A stretch of 41,511 nt of DNA from Chlorobiales bacterium (GTDB taxonomy: Bacteria > Bacteroidota > Chlorobiia > Chlorobiales > JACMJS01), in the NCBI GenBank assembly GCA_014380515.1, contig JACMJS010000054.1:1-41511 (forward strand), given 5' to 3'. The notes below the pieces were generated by a model, which did no database searches, was not told the origin of the DNA, and saw nothing but the letters and a program-made list of their open reading frames with translations. Of this stretch, positions 6,779-16,300 are shown piece by piece. The stretch's first letter is position 1. Each line of letters begins with the position of its first letter. A program made the position numbers and the translations under genes.

Positions 6779-9118
6779 ATGATCGCATCGATACTCACCT
6801 TTCTGCGCACCAAAGTTTTTGGCAACATCTGGTTCATCGCCATTTTCATCGCGCCGCTATTGGTGCTGGTTTCGGCAGGTATTTCTTCGCTCGGCGTGTT
6901 CAATAACCTTGAGAATAAACTGCTCGATAACAAGTTCAATGCCCGCGGTGTCGATACCACGCTGAAGCAAAACTCCAGCGTCATTCTGATTTCGATCAAC
7001 GACGCCGCGCAAAAGGTCGTCGGAAACATGCCGTGGCCGCGCGACTACTACGCCCGCATCGTGCAGAACCTCAACCGGGCGGGCGCGAAAGTCGTCGCGT
7101 TTGACTTGCTGCTCGATGAAGTTTCGTCCGAGCAAAACGACAACGCTTTCCGAAACGCGATTACGGAGTACGGCAACGTTGTTTTGGCCGGACGCTATGA
7201 AACCGGTGAGAAGCGCATCGAATACACCAGCATTAAAGAACTGCCGCTTCAAAATATTTTTACGAACACGCCCCGCGCCAGCACCGGCATCGTCTTCGTG
7301 CGCAACGACGCCGACGGCATCGCCCGGCGGTATCATCCGGCCAGCGAATATCTTGGCCGCGAGTTACTCTCGTTCGGCTACGCAATCGCCAAAGTATTTT
7401 TGAACACGCCCGATTCCATCGCGCAAACGTCCGACGGTGATTTTAGTTTTGCCGGTAAAAACATTCCGACCTTTTACGACGGTGAATCCGTGCTGCTCAA
7501 TTACTACGGGCCGAGTTCTTCATTTCAGGAATACTCCGCCGAGCAAATTTTAGACGACCGCACATTTTTCAGCCGCCCCGAAACAGAGAAGTTCCGTGAA
7601 GCGATGCGTCAAACCGGCATGGATTCCCTTGCGCTCATCAAAGATGAATCGCTGCGGAGTTTGTGGGCGGAAGATTTGTTCGACGATGCCGGTGATCCCG
7701 CCATTGGCTTGCCGCCGCTGGGACTTCTGCAATCGGGAAAGTTGAAAGGAAAAATTTGCATCATCGGGCCGATGTATCCCGAATCGAAGGATTTGTTCGT
7801 GGTGCCGATGTATAGCGGCGGACGTGAAGATCAGAATCAGATGTACGGCGTGGAGCTTCACGCGACGGCGGTTCAAAATTTTTTAGACGGCAAGTTCATC
7901 ACGCCCGCTGATGGCAGCCTCGTGCTGCTCGCGCTGCTGGCGATTTGCTATTTGCTTTTCGCGTTGTGTGTTTCCGTCAAGCGTATTAAAATCACGGATA
8001 CATTTACGCTCTACCTGCTGTCGGGACTGACTGCGGCGGCAGTATCGGCTGGGCTTTTCAGCCTGTATGTATTTATCTCCGGCTACGGCCCGCTGCCGTT
8101 TTTTCTCGCGTTGCCGGTGCAGCAAAAGTTAATCGTGCTGGGCGCGGGACTTTTGGTATCCGTGCTCGCGGCTTACTTCTTTCATCGCGGCAATTCATCT
8201 GTAGAGTTCATCACCGAAGTCGGCGCGATTGCGTTATCGCTCATGGTGTTCTGGCTCGTTGTGCGGTTTTCGAATATACTTTTCGAGCAGCGCGTTTTGC
8301 TGAAACTCGTTCCGTTCGCGGCGGCGGTGTTGCTTGCGTATATCGTCAGCATCGTTTATCAATACCTGACCGAATCACGGCAGAAGAAAGTCATTCGCGG
8401 CTACTTCAATGCGTACCTCGATCCTGAGGTCGTCAATCAATTGATCAGCAATCCGAATCAGTTTCGGCTCGGCGGCGAGAAGCGTGAGCTAACGATGCTC
8501 TTCAGCGACATCAAAGGATTTACAAATATCTCGGAAGCTTTGCCGCCGGAAGAGTTAGTCGTGTTGCTCAATGAATATCTGGGCGCGATGACGGACATTG
8601 TGCTGAAGTCCGGCGGCACATTAGATAAATATGTCGGAGATGCGGTAGTTGCATTCTGGGGCGCGCCGATTGCAATGGAAGATCATGCGAAGCGCGGGTG
8701 CTGGGCGGCGGTTGAGATGCAGGAGAAACTGGCGGAATTGCGGGCGAAGTGGAAAGCGGAAGGCAGACCGGAGTTGCGATGCCGCATCGGGGTTAATACA
8801 GGAAAAGTCATCGTCGGCAACATGGGTTCGCAGGCCAGATTCAGTTACACGGCGATGGGCGATGCGATGAATTTGGCGTCGCGGCTTGAAGCGGCAAACA
8901 AAGCGTTCGGGACGTACATTTTGATTTCGGAATACACCAACGAGCACGTGCAGGAATTTTGTCAGACGCGCGAGATTGCCGACATCACCGTTCAAGGCAA
9001 AGCGCAGCCGATTCGAGTCTTTGAAGTCGTCGGTAAAAAAATTCCCGGCCAGCGTTATGATCCGCTGCCGCCCGCCGAAACCGCCGGTCGCGGCGTTCAG
9101 GCGATTGCGAAGGAGTAA
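6779..9118 (+). CDS. CHASE2 sensor domain-containing class III adenylate/guanylate cyclase
   Basis: There is an N-terminal TM helix and a CHASE2-like extracytoplasmic region, then a block of TM helices. The cyclase domain shows LTMLFSDIKGFTNISE, KYVGDAVVAFWGAP, RIGVNTGKVIVGNMGS and YTAMGDAMNLASRLE. An AGGAG RBS precedes the ATG. Confidence 0.9.
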   Translation: MIASILTFLRTKVFGNIWFIAIFIAPLLVLVSAGISSLGVFNNLENKLLDNKFNARGVDTTLKQNSSVILISINDAAQKVVGNMPWPRDYYARIVQNLNRAGAKVVAFDLLLDEVSSEQNDNAFRNAITEYGNVVLAGRYETGEKRIEYTSIKELPLQNIFTNTPRASTGIVFVRNDADGIARRYHPASEYLGRELLSFGYAIAKVFLNTPDSIAQTSDGDFSFAGKNIPTFYDGESVLLNYYGPSSSFQEYSAEQILDDRTFFSRPETEKFREAMRQTGMDSLALIKDESLRSLWAEDLFDDAGDPAIGLPPLGLLQSGKLKGKICIIGPMYPESKDLFVVPMYSGGREDQNQMYGVELHATAVQNFLDGKFITPADGSLVLLALLAICYLLFALCVSVKRIKITDTFTLYLLSGLTAAAVSAGLFSLYVFISGYGPLPFFLALPVQQKLIVLGAGLLVSVLAAYFFHRGNSSVEFITEVGAIALSLMVFWLVVRFSNILFEQRVLLKLVPFAAAVLLAYIVSIVYQYLTESRQKKVIRGYFNAYLDPEVVNQLISNPNQFRLGGEKRELTMLFSDIKGFTNISEALPPEELVVLLNEYLGAMTDIVLKSGGTLDKYVGDAVVAFWGAPIAMEDHAKRGCWAAVEMQEKLAELRAKWKAEGRPELRCRIGVNTGKVIVGNMGSQARFSYTAMGDAMNLASRLEAANKAFGTYILISEYTNEHVQEFCQTREIADITVQGKAQPIRVFEVVGKKIPGQRYDPLPPAETAGRGVQAIAKE

Positions 9119-9141
9119 TTTTTCTTTCTCTCCGACATGTC

Positions 9142-9266
9142 ATTCAGTAGACTTCTTTCATAAGTCCTGTGTCATTGCGAGCGGCGCGAAGCAATCTAAG
9201 AGGAATTGCCGGATTGCTTCGTTGCCTGTACTCCTCGCAATGACATATGAAAGAAGTCTAGTGAAT
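9142..9266. repeat. ~125-nt imperfect palindromic element (GTCATTGCGAG...CTCGCAATGAC family)
   Basis: The outer arms ATTCAGTAGACTTCTTTCATA (9142-9162) and TATGAAAGAAGTCTAGTGAAT (9246-9266) match at 20 of 21 positions. The inner arms are GTCATTGCGAG (9171-9181) / CTCGCAATGAC (9233-9243) and GAAGCAATC / GATTGCTTC. A second copy lies at 37693-37771. Confidence 0.75.
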
Positions 9267-9267
9267 A

Positions 9268-9298
9268 AAAAAGCCTCTGAACTCTCAGAGGCTTTTTC
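9268..9298. terminator. bidirectional intrinsic terminator between the cyclase gene (+) and the 414-aa gene (-)
   Basis: AAAAAGCCTCTGA-ACTC-TCAGAGGCTTTTT forms a hairpin with an A-run and a T-run on its flanks. Confidence 0.75.
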
Positions 9299-9322
9299 AA
9301 TTTCAGTCGGCATTGCCGATGA

Positions 9323-10567
9323 TTATTTCGGCGTCGTCTTTGAAGAGTCTGACGGCGGAGGCGTAACGGGCGGCGGCGCGGTGGGTGCAGTTGATGGCGC
9401 AGGTGCCGGTTCACCTTCTTTCAGGATTTGCTTGAGTTGGTTCAAATTCTTTTCAACATCTTGGCGGCGTTTGCGAAGTTCTTCCACTTTACGGGCGGTT
9501 GTTTCTTTATCTTCGTTGATGTCCTCAAGTTTGCGAATGACGTCCGAACCTTGATTCTCAGGATTGAGATCGACGTTGCGCGGGTCGCCGGTCGAGAAAT
9601 AGCTCACCGGCAGAATGTTGAGTTGAATACCGAGCGCGATGCGCCATGGAGCGTAGTTCTGCGGGTTGATAGCCGGTTGCGGTAAGATGCTGTAGCTGCC
9701 ATCGTAGGTCGTTTCATCTTCACGGCCTGAGACGAGTACATCGCCGGTAAGTGAAACGCTGACGAAGTTCAACGGCTTGATGCGAAATCCAACGGTAACG
9801 AACGAAAGATTCTCGCGGGTATAAGCAATCTCGGGTGGCTTGCGAATAAACGAGTTCCCCCAAAACTCCAGCATCAGGTCGACAAACGCCGTCGGATACT
9901 TTATGCCGATGGAGTAGTTAAACGATGAAGTGGCTGACTCAACGATGTATTCAAATTCGTTGCGGTTCGAGATATTCTTACCGTTATCGAAATAGTTGTA
10001 GTAGCCGAGGTTGAGATGAACGCCGAAGGATTCTTGCGGGAAGAGGTTATCGGCGTAATATGAAAGCAGCAGGTTAAGGCCAAGTTCCGTGCCACCGGCG
10101 GTGTAAGGATTACCGTAACTGTTGCGGCGATTAGCAACGGGAATAAGCACGTTCGCCATCAAACCGGCGTAAAAGTATTCGTTGCCGAAACCGAACGAAC
10201 CAAACTTTGCAGTTACAATGACATTGTCGACCGGCGTGTTGGCTTCCGAATCAAAGTAATGTATGTCTTGGTAGATCGTCGGATTAACGGCGAGCAGAAT
10301 GTTGTCGGTTACACCGTAGTCCAAGTGCACGGAGTTGCGGACAATCCACTGCGCAATTGACTCGATGCCGGTGATTTTGTATCCGTCTGCCGCCGTGAAA
10401 AAGTCAAGGTGATTGTAAAATGTGAGTGAGCCGTTTTTCGGCACACGGGCTTCTTGCGTCCGGTTCAGACGGCTTGAAGCGGTGTAGACATATTGCGCGG
10501 CAAGGTCTGCGCAGAGTCCAAAGAAAAGCACAAGGCTCAGAAAAATTGGTAACAGTTTTTTCTTCAT
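9323..10567 (-). CDS. secreted outer-membrane beta-barrel-like protein with a C-terminal coiled coil and a Pro/Thr-rich tail (function unknown)
   Basis: The signal peptide is MKKKLLPIFLSLVLFFGLCADLAAQ, and a GGAGG RBS lies 6 nt upstream of the ATG. About 330 aa show an alternating aromatic/Gly beta-strand pattern. The protein then continues KLEDINEDKETTARKVEELRKRRQDVEKNLNQLKQILKE and ends PAPAPSTAPTAPPPVTPPPSDSSKTTPK. Confidence 0.7.
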   Translation of the reverse strand: MKKKLLPIFLSLVLFFGLCADLAAQYVYTASSRLNRTQEARVPKNGSLTFYNHLDFFTAADGYKITGIESIAQWIVRNSVHLDYGVTDNILLAVNPTIYQDIHYFDSEANTPVDNVIVTAKFGSFGFGNEYFYAGLMANVLIPVANRRNSYGNPYTAGGTELGLNLLLSYYADNLFPQESFGVHLNLGYYNYFDNGKNISNRNEFEYIVESATSSFNYSIGIKYPTAFVDLMLEFWGNSFIRKPPEIAYTRENLSFVTVGFRIKPLNFVSVSLTGDVLVSGREDETTYDGSYSILPQPAINPQNYAPWRIALGIQLNILPVSYFSTGDPRNVDLNPENQGSDVIRKLEDINEDKETTARKVEELRKRRQDVEKNLNQLKQILKEGEPAPAPSTAPTAPPPVTPPPSDSSKTTPK

Positions 10568-10713
10568 ATCATCCTCCGGAAAGTTAGTGTCGGCTTCAAA
10601 AAAAGTGGTTGAGGCTAATCGCTGCTGCCCGTATTGCGAGGCAACCAGCGGCGTGGTTTGAAAAATCTCTACGGAACTCTAAGAGAATGCAAAGTTGGTT
10701 TACTGATACGGAT

Positions 10714-11274
10714 TTACCGATTGGTTAATGTAACAATCAAAATCGCAGTATTGATCAGACCGGCAATGCTGCCAATAATACCCACAAATAGCTGAAAGAC
10801 ACTCAAAGCATCGCCCGGTACGATAATTGTATCGCCTCTGTAAAGCGGTGGAATGTTGCTTTGTTCGCCGTATTCCACAAACTTTGATAAGTCCACCCGC
10901 ACCAACTTTTCTACGACCGACGAATCGCCGCGAGCAAACCGCGAAGTATCCTGACGGACGTAACGAATGATTTTAACTTCATCCAACTTTGCGTTCGCAG
11001 TCGGGCCGCCTGCTTCGGATAAGAGAGCGATCAAATCAGTCGTGTAAGCCGCCCGGAACCGACCGGGACGTCCGACTTGTCCCCAAAGATTTACTTCAAT
11101 CTGAATGCCTTCAGCACTGCCGACTTGGTATGACGATGCGCGTTGAATACCATCGCCGCCGCCCGCCCGCGTACCATCAAAGACGCCCTGCGCATAAAGG
11201 GAATGAGCGGAATGGGCAACCGAAATTAACACAAGCAAGGCGACGGAACAAATCTTTTTTTTCATGGCGTTCAT
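10714..11274 (-). CDS. SLBB (Wza/polysaccharide-export-like beta-grasp) domain protein with signal peptide and C-terminal TM helix
   Basis: I chose the start MNAMKKKICSVALLVLISV because its ATG overlaps the upstream stop (ATGA at 11271-11274). The SLBB-like pattern is IQIEVNLWGQVGRPGRF...TDLIALLSEAGGPT...VKIIR...GDTIIVPGD. The C-terminal TM helix is FVGIIGSIAGLINTAILIVTL. Confidence 0.7.
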   Translation of the reverse strand: MNAMKKKICSVALLVLISVAHSAHSLYAQGVFDGTRAGGGDGIQRASSYQVGSAEGIQIEVNLWGQVGRPGRFRAAYTTDLIALLSEAGGPTANAKLDEVKIIRYVRQDTSRFARGDSSVVEKLVRVDLSKFVEYGEQSNIPPLYRGDTIIVPGDALSVFQLFVGIIGSIAGLINTAILIVTLTNR

Positions 11275-12149
11275 TTTTTGGGTCGAGATGAAGATGTCCT
11301 GCGTGCGGATTGCTGCACCATGGGTCGAAGCGTGGTTTGCTGAAGCGTGAAGCGTTCGATGCGAGAGGTCGCGGCGTGAGGTGTAGAGTAATCGGCACCG
11401 TTTGGTAGTGTAGTTACAAACCATTCATACACTTTCCCGCTCACGAGCGGCTTGAATAGACGCGTGTTTGAGTTCGTTTTGATAGCACTGTAAGTTTGAC
11501 TAACCTCGCCGCCGAAAGAGCCGCCGTATTGCTCGTAAGCAATGAAGGCGCAGCTATCTAATGCGTCGCTTCCATCGTTGTCTTCATACAAATGGACAGC
11601 ACTGTATCCCGTTCCTCCACCTATGTTGGAAGTATTCCAACTCAGCGTCAAATCATCTAGCGACAGTACGGAAACAACGCCGCCGCTGGGCAACAGTGCA
11701 AACGGAGCGAGTGCCAGTTTATACTGTGCAATCGAGTCGGAAAATGAACTCTCAATATCTTCCGTGTTGTATGCTTTCAACCGGTAATGATACAGTGTAT
11801 CTATAACCACACCGAAATCATCAAACGCCGTGTCGGGGTCTTGTGAGCGGAGCGGAATATCTTTGTAGAGACGGAAATTGACCGGACGGTTGTCAATGAT
11901 TTGCGATGTACGGTAAATGCGGTAGCCCCCCAAATTGAACTCGCGGTTTCGAAACCATTCCAAGTGAATCGCCTTTTCCCCGTAAACCGAACGAATGCCC
12001 GTCGGTACGGTAGCGGTATCGGAACTGCGCAGGGCGAACACCGGGGGTGCGGGCGCGGGAAACACTGTCTCGTCCGGACAGCCGTAACTGACCATCAAGC
12101 TTGCACCTACGAGCAATAGCACGGCGAAATTGCTGAATGTTTTTTTCAT
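11271..12149 (-). CDS. lipoprotein with two FN3-like repeats (function unknown)
   Basis: The signal/lipobox is LLLVGASLMVSYGC. The FN3-like segment is IHLEWFRNREFNLGGYRIYRT...YHYRLKAYN. The start ATG shares one nt with the upstream TAA (12149). Confidence 0.7.
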   Translation of the reverse strand: MKKTFSNFAVLLLVGASLMVSYGCPDETVFPAPAPPVFALRSSDTATVPTGIRSVYGEKAIHLEWFRNREFNLGGYRIYRTSQIIDNRPVNFRLYKDIPLRSQDPDTAFDDFGVVIDTLYHYRLKAYNTEDIESSFSDSIAQYKLALAPFALLPSGGVVSVLSLDDLTLSWNTSNIGGGTGYSAVHLYEDNDGSDALDSCAFIAYEQYGGSFGGEVSQTYSAIKTNSNTRLFKPLVSGKVYEWFVTTLPNGADYSTPHAATSRIERFTLQQTTLRPMVQQSARRTSSSRPKK

Positions 12150-13267
12150 TATTGAATGAGCCTTGTGAGGTTCAGCGTCAGGCCGATGCGGTGCGGCGAC
12201 CCCAATTCGCTGTATTGATACGCATAGTCAATCACCACCGCCCTGAACAAAAATAATCCCGCCCCGAGCGTAACCGCCTGATCGTAACTGCCAACCCGCA
12301 ACGCAATCAAATCGCGGAAACGGTATTCCAAGCCAAGCGACGTCAAGCCTGCATCTTTCGTGTTGCGCGTGTAAAGCCCCGTCAAGGTGCTCGCAATAAA
12401 TGTTACCGGCTGCTGATAAGATATACTGATAATGAACGAGCGGTAGATCGAACTCTTGACGCGCGATTCGGTATTCCATGCGATAGGCGTATTGAACAAA
12501 TCTTTCGCTGCGAAACCGAAGGCGAAGTCGCCGTAGTTCGGATTGGCCACGAAGTCGCCGACCTTAAATTTCAGCATCGCGCCGACGTCCACGCCGATAC
12601 CCGAGCCGGAAAAATTGACCCGAACGTCGTTGCCCGAAAAGCCTTGCCGGATGTATCGAAAGTTCACCCCTATAGGCAGTTCAATCGGCACACTGAAATA
12701 TTGCCACCCGAAGTTGAAGTTGCTCGCAATCACGCGGGCAATCGACACCGATACCGCATCGTCGGCGTTCGAAAACGTCGCGCCGCTGTTGCCCAGCGAA
12801 CCGTCCTTGATGCGGGTAAAAATATCGGTGATGTTAATCGAACCGTTTATATCCCTCGGATCATCGGTGAGCGGAATGTTCGTGACCGAATTGCGAATCC
12901 AGTTGACCGCAATCGAGGTGCCTTTACCCAAACTCTGTGCGTAGCCAATGTGGAAATAGGCCGAAAGCGGATTGCCGAGCGAGCCGAATTGGTTCGAGTA
13001 CATCGTCGTAACCGTCATGTCTTTCGTGAAAGCGACACCGGCGGGATTCCAAAAGAAGGCGGTGCCGTCGGCGTTGTCAATCGGCGAATACTGTCCGCCC
13101 AGAGCGAGGGCACGGGCACCGAGCGGAATGTCGAGGAATGCGGCGGTGTATCGGTCGCTTGATTGCGCCGAAACGGTTTGCAGCGGGAGCAGCAGCAAAC
13201 ATGCAATTGCCAAATTCCTTCGGCTTGCAAGAAGATTTTTTAGAACATTCATTTTTCGGTGATTCAT
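12149..13267 (-). CDS. PorV/PorQ-family (FadL-like) T9SS-associated outer-membrane beta-barrel
   Basis: The signal peptide ends LQTVSAQ. The N-terminal signature is AAFLDIPLGARALALGGQYSPIDNADGTAFFWNPAGVAF. A beta-strand periodicity runs throughout, and the gene sits directly downstream of the PorU-like gene. Confidence 0.7.
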   Translation of the reverse strand: MNHRKMNVLKNLLASRRNLAIACLLLLPLQTVSAQSSDRYTAAFLDIPLGARALALGGQYSPIDNADGTAFFWNPAGVAFTKDMTVTTMYSNQFGSLGNPLSAYFHIGYAQSLGKGTSIAVNWIRNSVTNIPLTDDPRDINGSINITDIFTRIKDGSLGNSGATFSNADDAVSVSIARVIASNFNFGWQYFSVPIELPIGVNFRYIRQGFSGNDVRVNFSGSGIGVDVGAMLKFKVGDFVANPNYGDFAFGFAAKDLFNTPIAWNTESRVKSSIYRSFIISISYQQPVTFIASTLTGLYTRNTKDAGLTSLGLEYRFRDLIALRVGSYDQAVTLGAGLFLFRAVVIDYAYQYSELGSPHRIGLTLNLTRLIQ

Positions 13268-13308
13268 TGTCGTTTCATCATCTGCATCATCGTTGAAGCC
13301 AGTTCAAT

Positions 13309-13362
13309 CCCTCTGTCCTTGCGGACATCGCCCCTTTGCCAAAGGGGGAGTGCAGAGGGGTT
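13309..13362. repeat. hairpin-rich intergenic repeat (CCCTTTnnCAAAGGG family), copy 1
   Basis: The sequence is CCCTCTGTCCTTGCGGACATCGCCCCTTTGCCAAAGGGGGAGTGCAGAGGGGTT. Its reverse complement begins AACCCCTCTGCACTCCCCCTTTGGCAAAGGGG, nearly identical to 19265-19295. Its tail GATGTCC...GACAGAGGG matches 19376-19404. Confidence 0.6.
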
Positions 13363-16300
13363 CATCGCAGTCTGACAATCTTTAAAATCTTTTCGGAGAC
13401 TTTGCCTTGCAGCGTCGCGCGGACTTTGGCGTAATACAATCCGTTGGCAACCGGATTGCCGAATTCATCCGTGCCGTTCCACGCAACGACGTGCGGACCG
13501 GTCTCTTCGGGGAAATCGTCGTTCGTCGTCTCGAAGCCGGAGACTTTGTTCGTCTTGCGGTTGTACGTATTAATCAGGCGGCCTGCGACCGTATAAAACT
13601 TGATCTCAAGATTATCGACGCTCGGATTGCTGCGAATTTCATATGCGATGTACGTAAAATCTTTGAACGGGTTCGGATAGTTGCCAAACACCTCGACTTC
13701 AAATTCATCCTGCACTTGAAAAATCATTTCTTCCGACTCTACAACTCCCAGATTGGCGTCATAAAAAATAAACTTGACCCGGTGCGTTCCGGCGGCAAAT
13801 TCGTCGCTGTAAGTAATGCCGACCGTATTGGCGTTGGTCGTCGTGAGCGGCACGCTGACTTTGGCGAGTTTCGATGCGGCGTCAATTTCCACATCGTTGC
13901 GAATCACTTTCACGAACGTATAGTCCAGATAAACGCCGTTGAGGTCTTGCACGGTGGCGGTGATGCGCGGGCGTTTCGGGGCGAATCCGTTTTTGGTATA
14001 GACTTGTCCCTGAATGCCGAGCGTAACCGTCGGCCCCGTTTTATCGTCGGTGCGCATCGGCGTGTAGGTACCGAACTTATTGACATCGAGTAAAGATGTG
14101 CTTGCGATGCGTTGCTGGACGGGGACTTTCAGCCACCGTTGGATTTCATCGCTGAACCGGTAACCGGCGGCGGTTACGGATTGCGCACTGTTCAGTCCCG
14201 TCGTGTCGTAGCGCAGCGTCAGTTTCGCCGGTTTCGTTTCGCTGATCATGAGGCCGGTATCGGCGGGTTCGATGCGGTAGCCGCCGCGGGTTTGCGATGC
14301 GGCGAGCTTCACATAAAAGTTTTGCGGCTGTTGGACAATCACCGCTTCCGGCTCCAGCGAAACGCGCAGGTATCCGTCTTTACTGAACGTACCGACGTCG
14401 TAACTCAGGGTTGCGTCTTCATCGAGGGCGTAACTTTTCGTTTCGTTCTTGCGGACGCGAATGAGGTTGTAGGTAATGCGCCGCTGATTGGATAAATCAT
14501 TTTGCGGATTGACATCATAGTTTCCGCCCGTCGTATCGGCAGCAACCGCTACGGCGATTTGAAAACTTTGCGACACCAAAAACGATGCGGGAATCGGAAT
14601 CGTGGCGAGCACGGAGGAATCGGGCGCGACGCTTTGAACCGTGGCCGTGCCGAGCAATGTGATCGTGCTGTCCGTGCGAAAGGTTGGCGCGGTTGCGCCT
14701 GCGCTCGCGTTGCGGACGGAGTTTTGGTAGAAGGAAACTTTCACGTTGCGCGCGGTGGTGTCGCTCCAGTTGTAGATGCGGGCACCGAGCACGGGCGCAT
14801 CGCCGCCGTTACGGTTATCAATGTAAAAATCAATCGTTCGGTTGTCGTAGTATTGCGCAAGGCCGGTCTTTGCTTCCGCGGCGGCGGCGGCATCGGTGAG
14901 TTTACCGATGGTTTCGGTGAATTGCTCGGAGATTGAATTAAGATTTAAGGTCGTGCGCGCCGAGGCTTGGTAAATCACCTTGTTGCCGCGCTGCATGACG
15001 CTCGCCGGAACGACGTCGCTCGTTTGATACACGCCGTTGCCGACGCTCACCGCCGGAAGGTCTTGATTGAACACCTGCGTGTAGGTGTTCGTCGCCGGTT
15101 GATATTGCTGCACCGTCGCATTGACATAAATATTTGCAAGCGGCGTTTTGGTGTCGACTCTCATGCTAAATCCAAGCGGCTTCCCCACCGCGGCCATGAC
15201 CGGCTCGGAGGGCACGACGCTGCGGAAGAACGGCGCGGCGGTACTGAACTTCACAAAGCCACCCGCATCTTCGCCCGAGAAAACACCATAAACTTTCAAT
15301 TGTCCGCCGGTAAAAGTCTGGCCGTTCACAAGTCTGCGATACTTGGCGGGAATAGGGATCGCTACGTTGAAGGTGTCGCGGCTGACACGGATCGGAAAAG
15401 TTACGGATTCGGACGCGAGGGTATCAATCACGTCAAAATTATTTTGATCGGTGAGCCTGCCGAACATAATGCCGCCGTTCACGGACGGTTTTCCGGCATC
15501 CGGTTCAATTTTGCCGCGGACATACAGCGTATCGCCAGGCGCAGCGATGTGCGAGCGTAAGTCCCAAGTGATCCGCGGTTTCTGTTCGGCAGTTTGCCGT
15601 TTGGGAATCGAGAGACGCAAGGCCGGATCGCCGAAGATGTTGTACTGGTGCATCATCGACGCGGCTTGTTCCCACGCCTCGCTGTATGCCAAAAAGTACC
15701 GGATTTTAGCGCGGAACATCATGTCGCCGATGGCGAGGTCTTGATACTGTTCGGTCAGCATAAAATCGAACACCGACTGCGCCATGAAGTCGTCGTTGCG
15801 CAGCCATCCTACGGAGGTTGAAGCGATGACGCCAATCGCGCCGCCGTTGGGATTGTTGATCAGTGATTCGGTAAGGACAGGCGTGCCGTTTTCATTGTCA
15901 ATCGCGCCGGTAAAGCAGGTCATGCTGGTTACGAATGGCAGGCGGTCGAGGTTCGAGAGTTGATTGGCGGCTTCGAGCGTCAGCACTTGACTATCCGACC
16001 AGATGCCGCCGCCGCCGTGCCCCATAAAATTAAGGATGAGCGTGCCCTCTTGATTGAGCTGCGCCTGCACGTCGGCACCGGTTTTGCGATACGGATCAGG
16101 TGGATTGTTTGGCTCTGCATTGCGACCAAGCGAGGTATTAAAGCGTTTGATAAAGTAGTTACGCGCAAGAGATGTTTTAATCAGATCATCTTCCTGCTGT
16201 ACAAATACAGCCGACCTTGTGCCATCGTCGTTGGATTGATCACCGGCGATCATCGACACGGTATTTTTCCAAACCGCCGGTTGATTGCGGTTTTGTTCAT

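Noticed and set aside
8976-9554. A 192-aa + strand ORF spanning the cyclase 3' end, the palindromic repeat and the start of the opposite gene
   Set aside because: It reads through the 125-nt hairpin element (…VIASGAKQSKRNCRIASLPVLLAMT…) and a terminator, and it overlaps two well-supported genes. It is a classic spurious repeat-derived ORF.
10714-11424. A 236-aa version of the SLBB gene starting at 11424
   Set aside because: The extension overlaps the upstream lipoprotein gene by 150 nt in another frame and lacks signal-peptide logic. The ATG at 11274 gives a clean MKKK signal peptide and an ATGA stop/start overlap.
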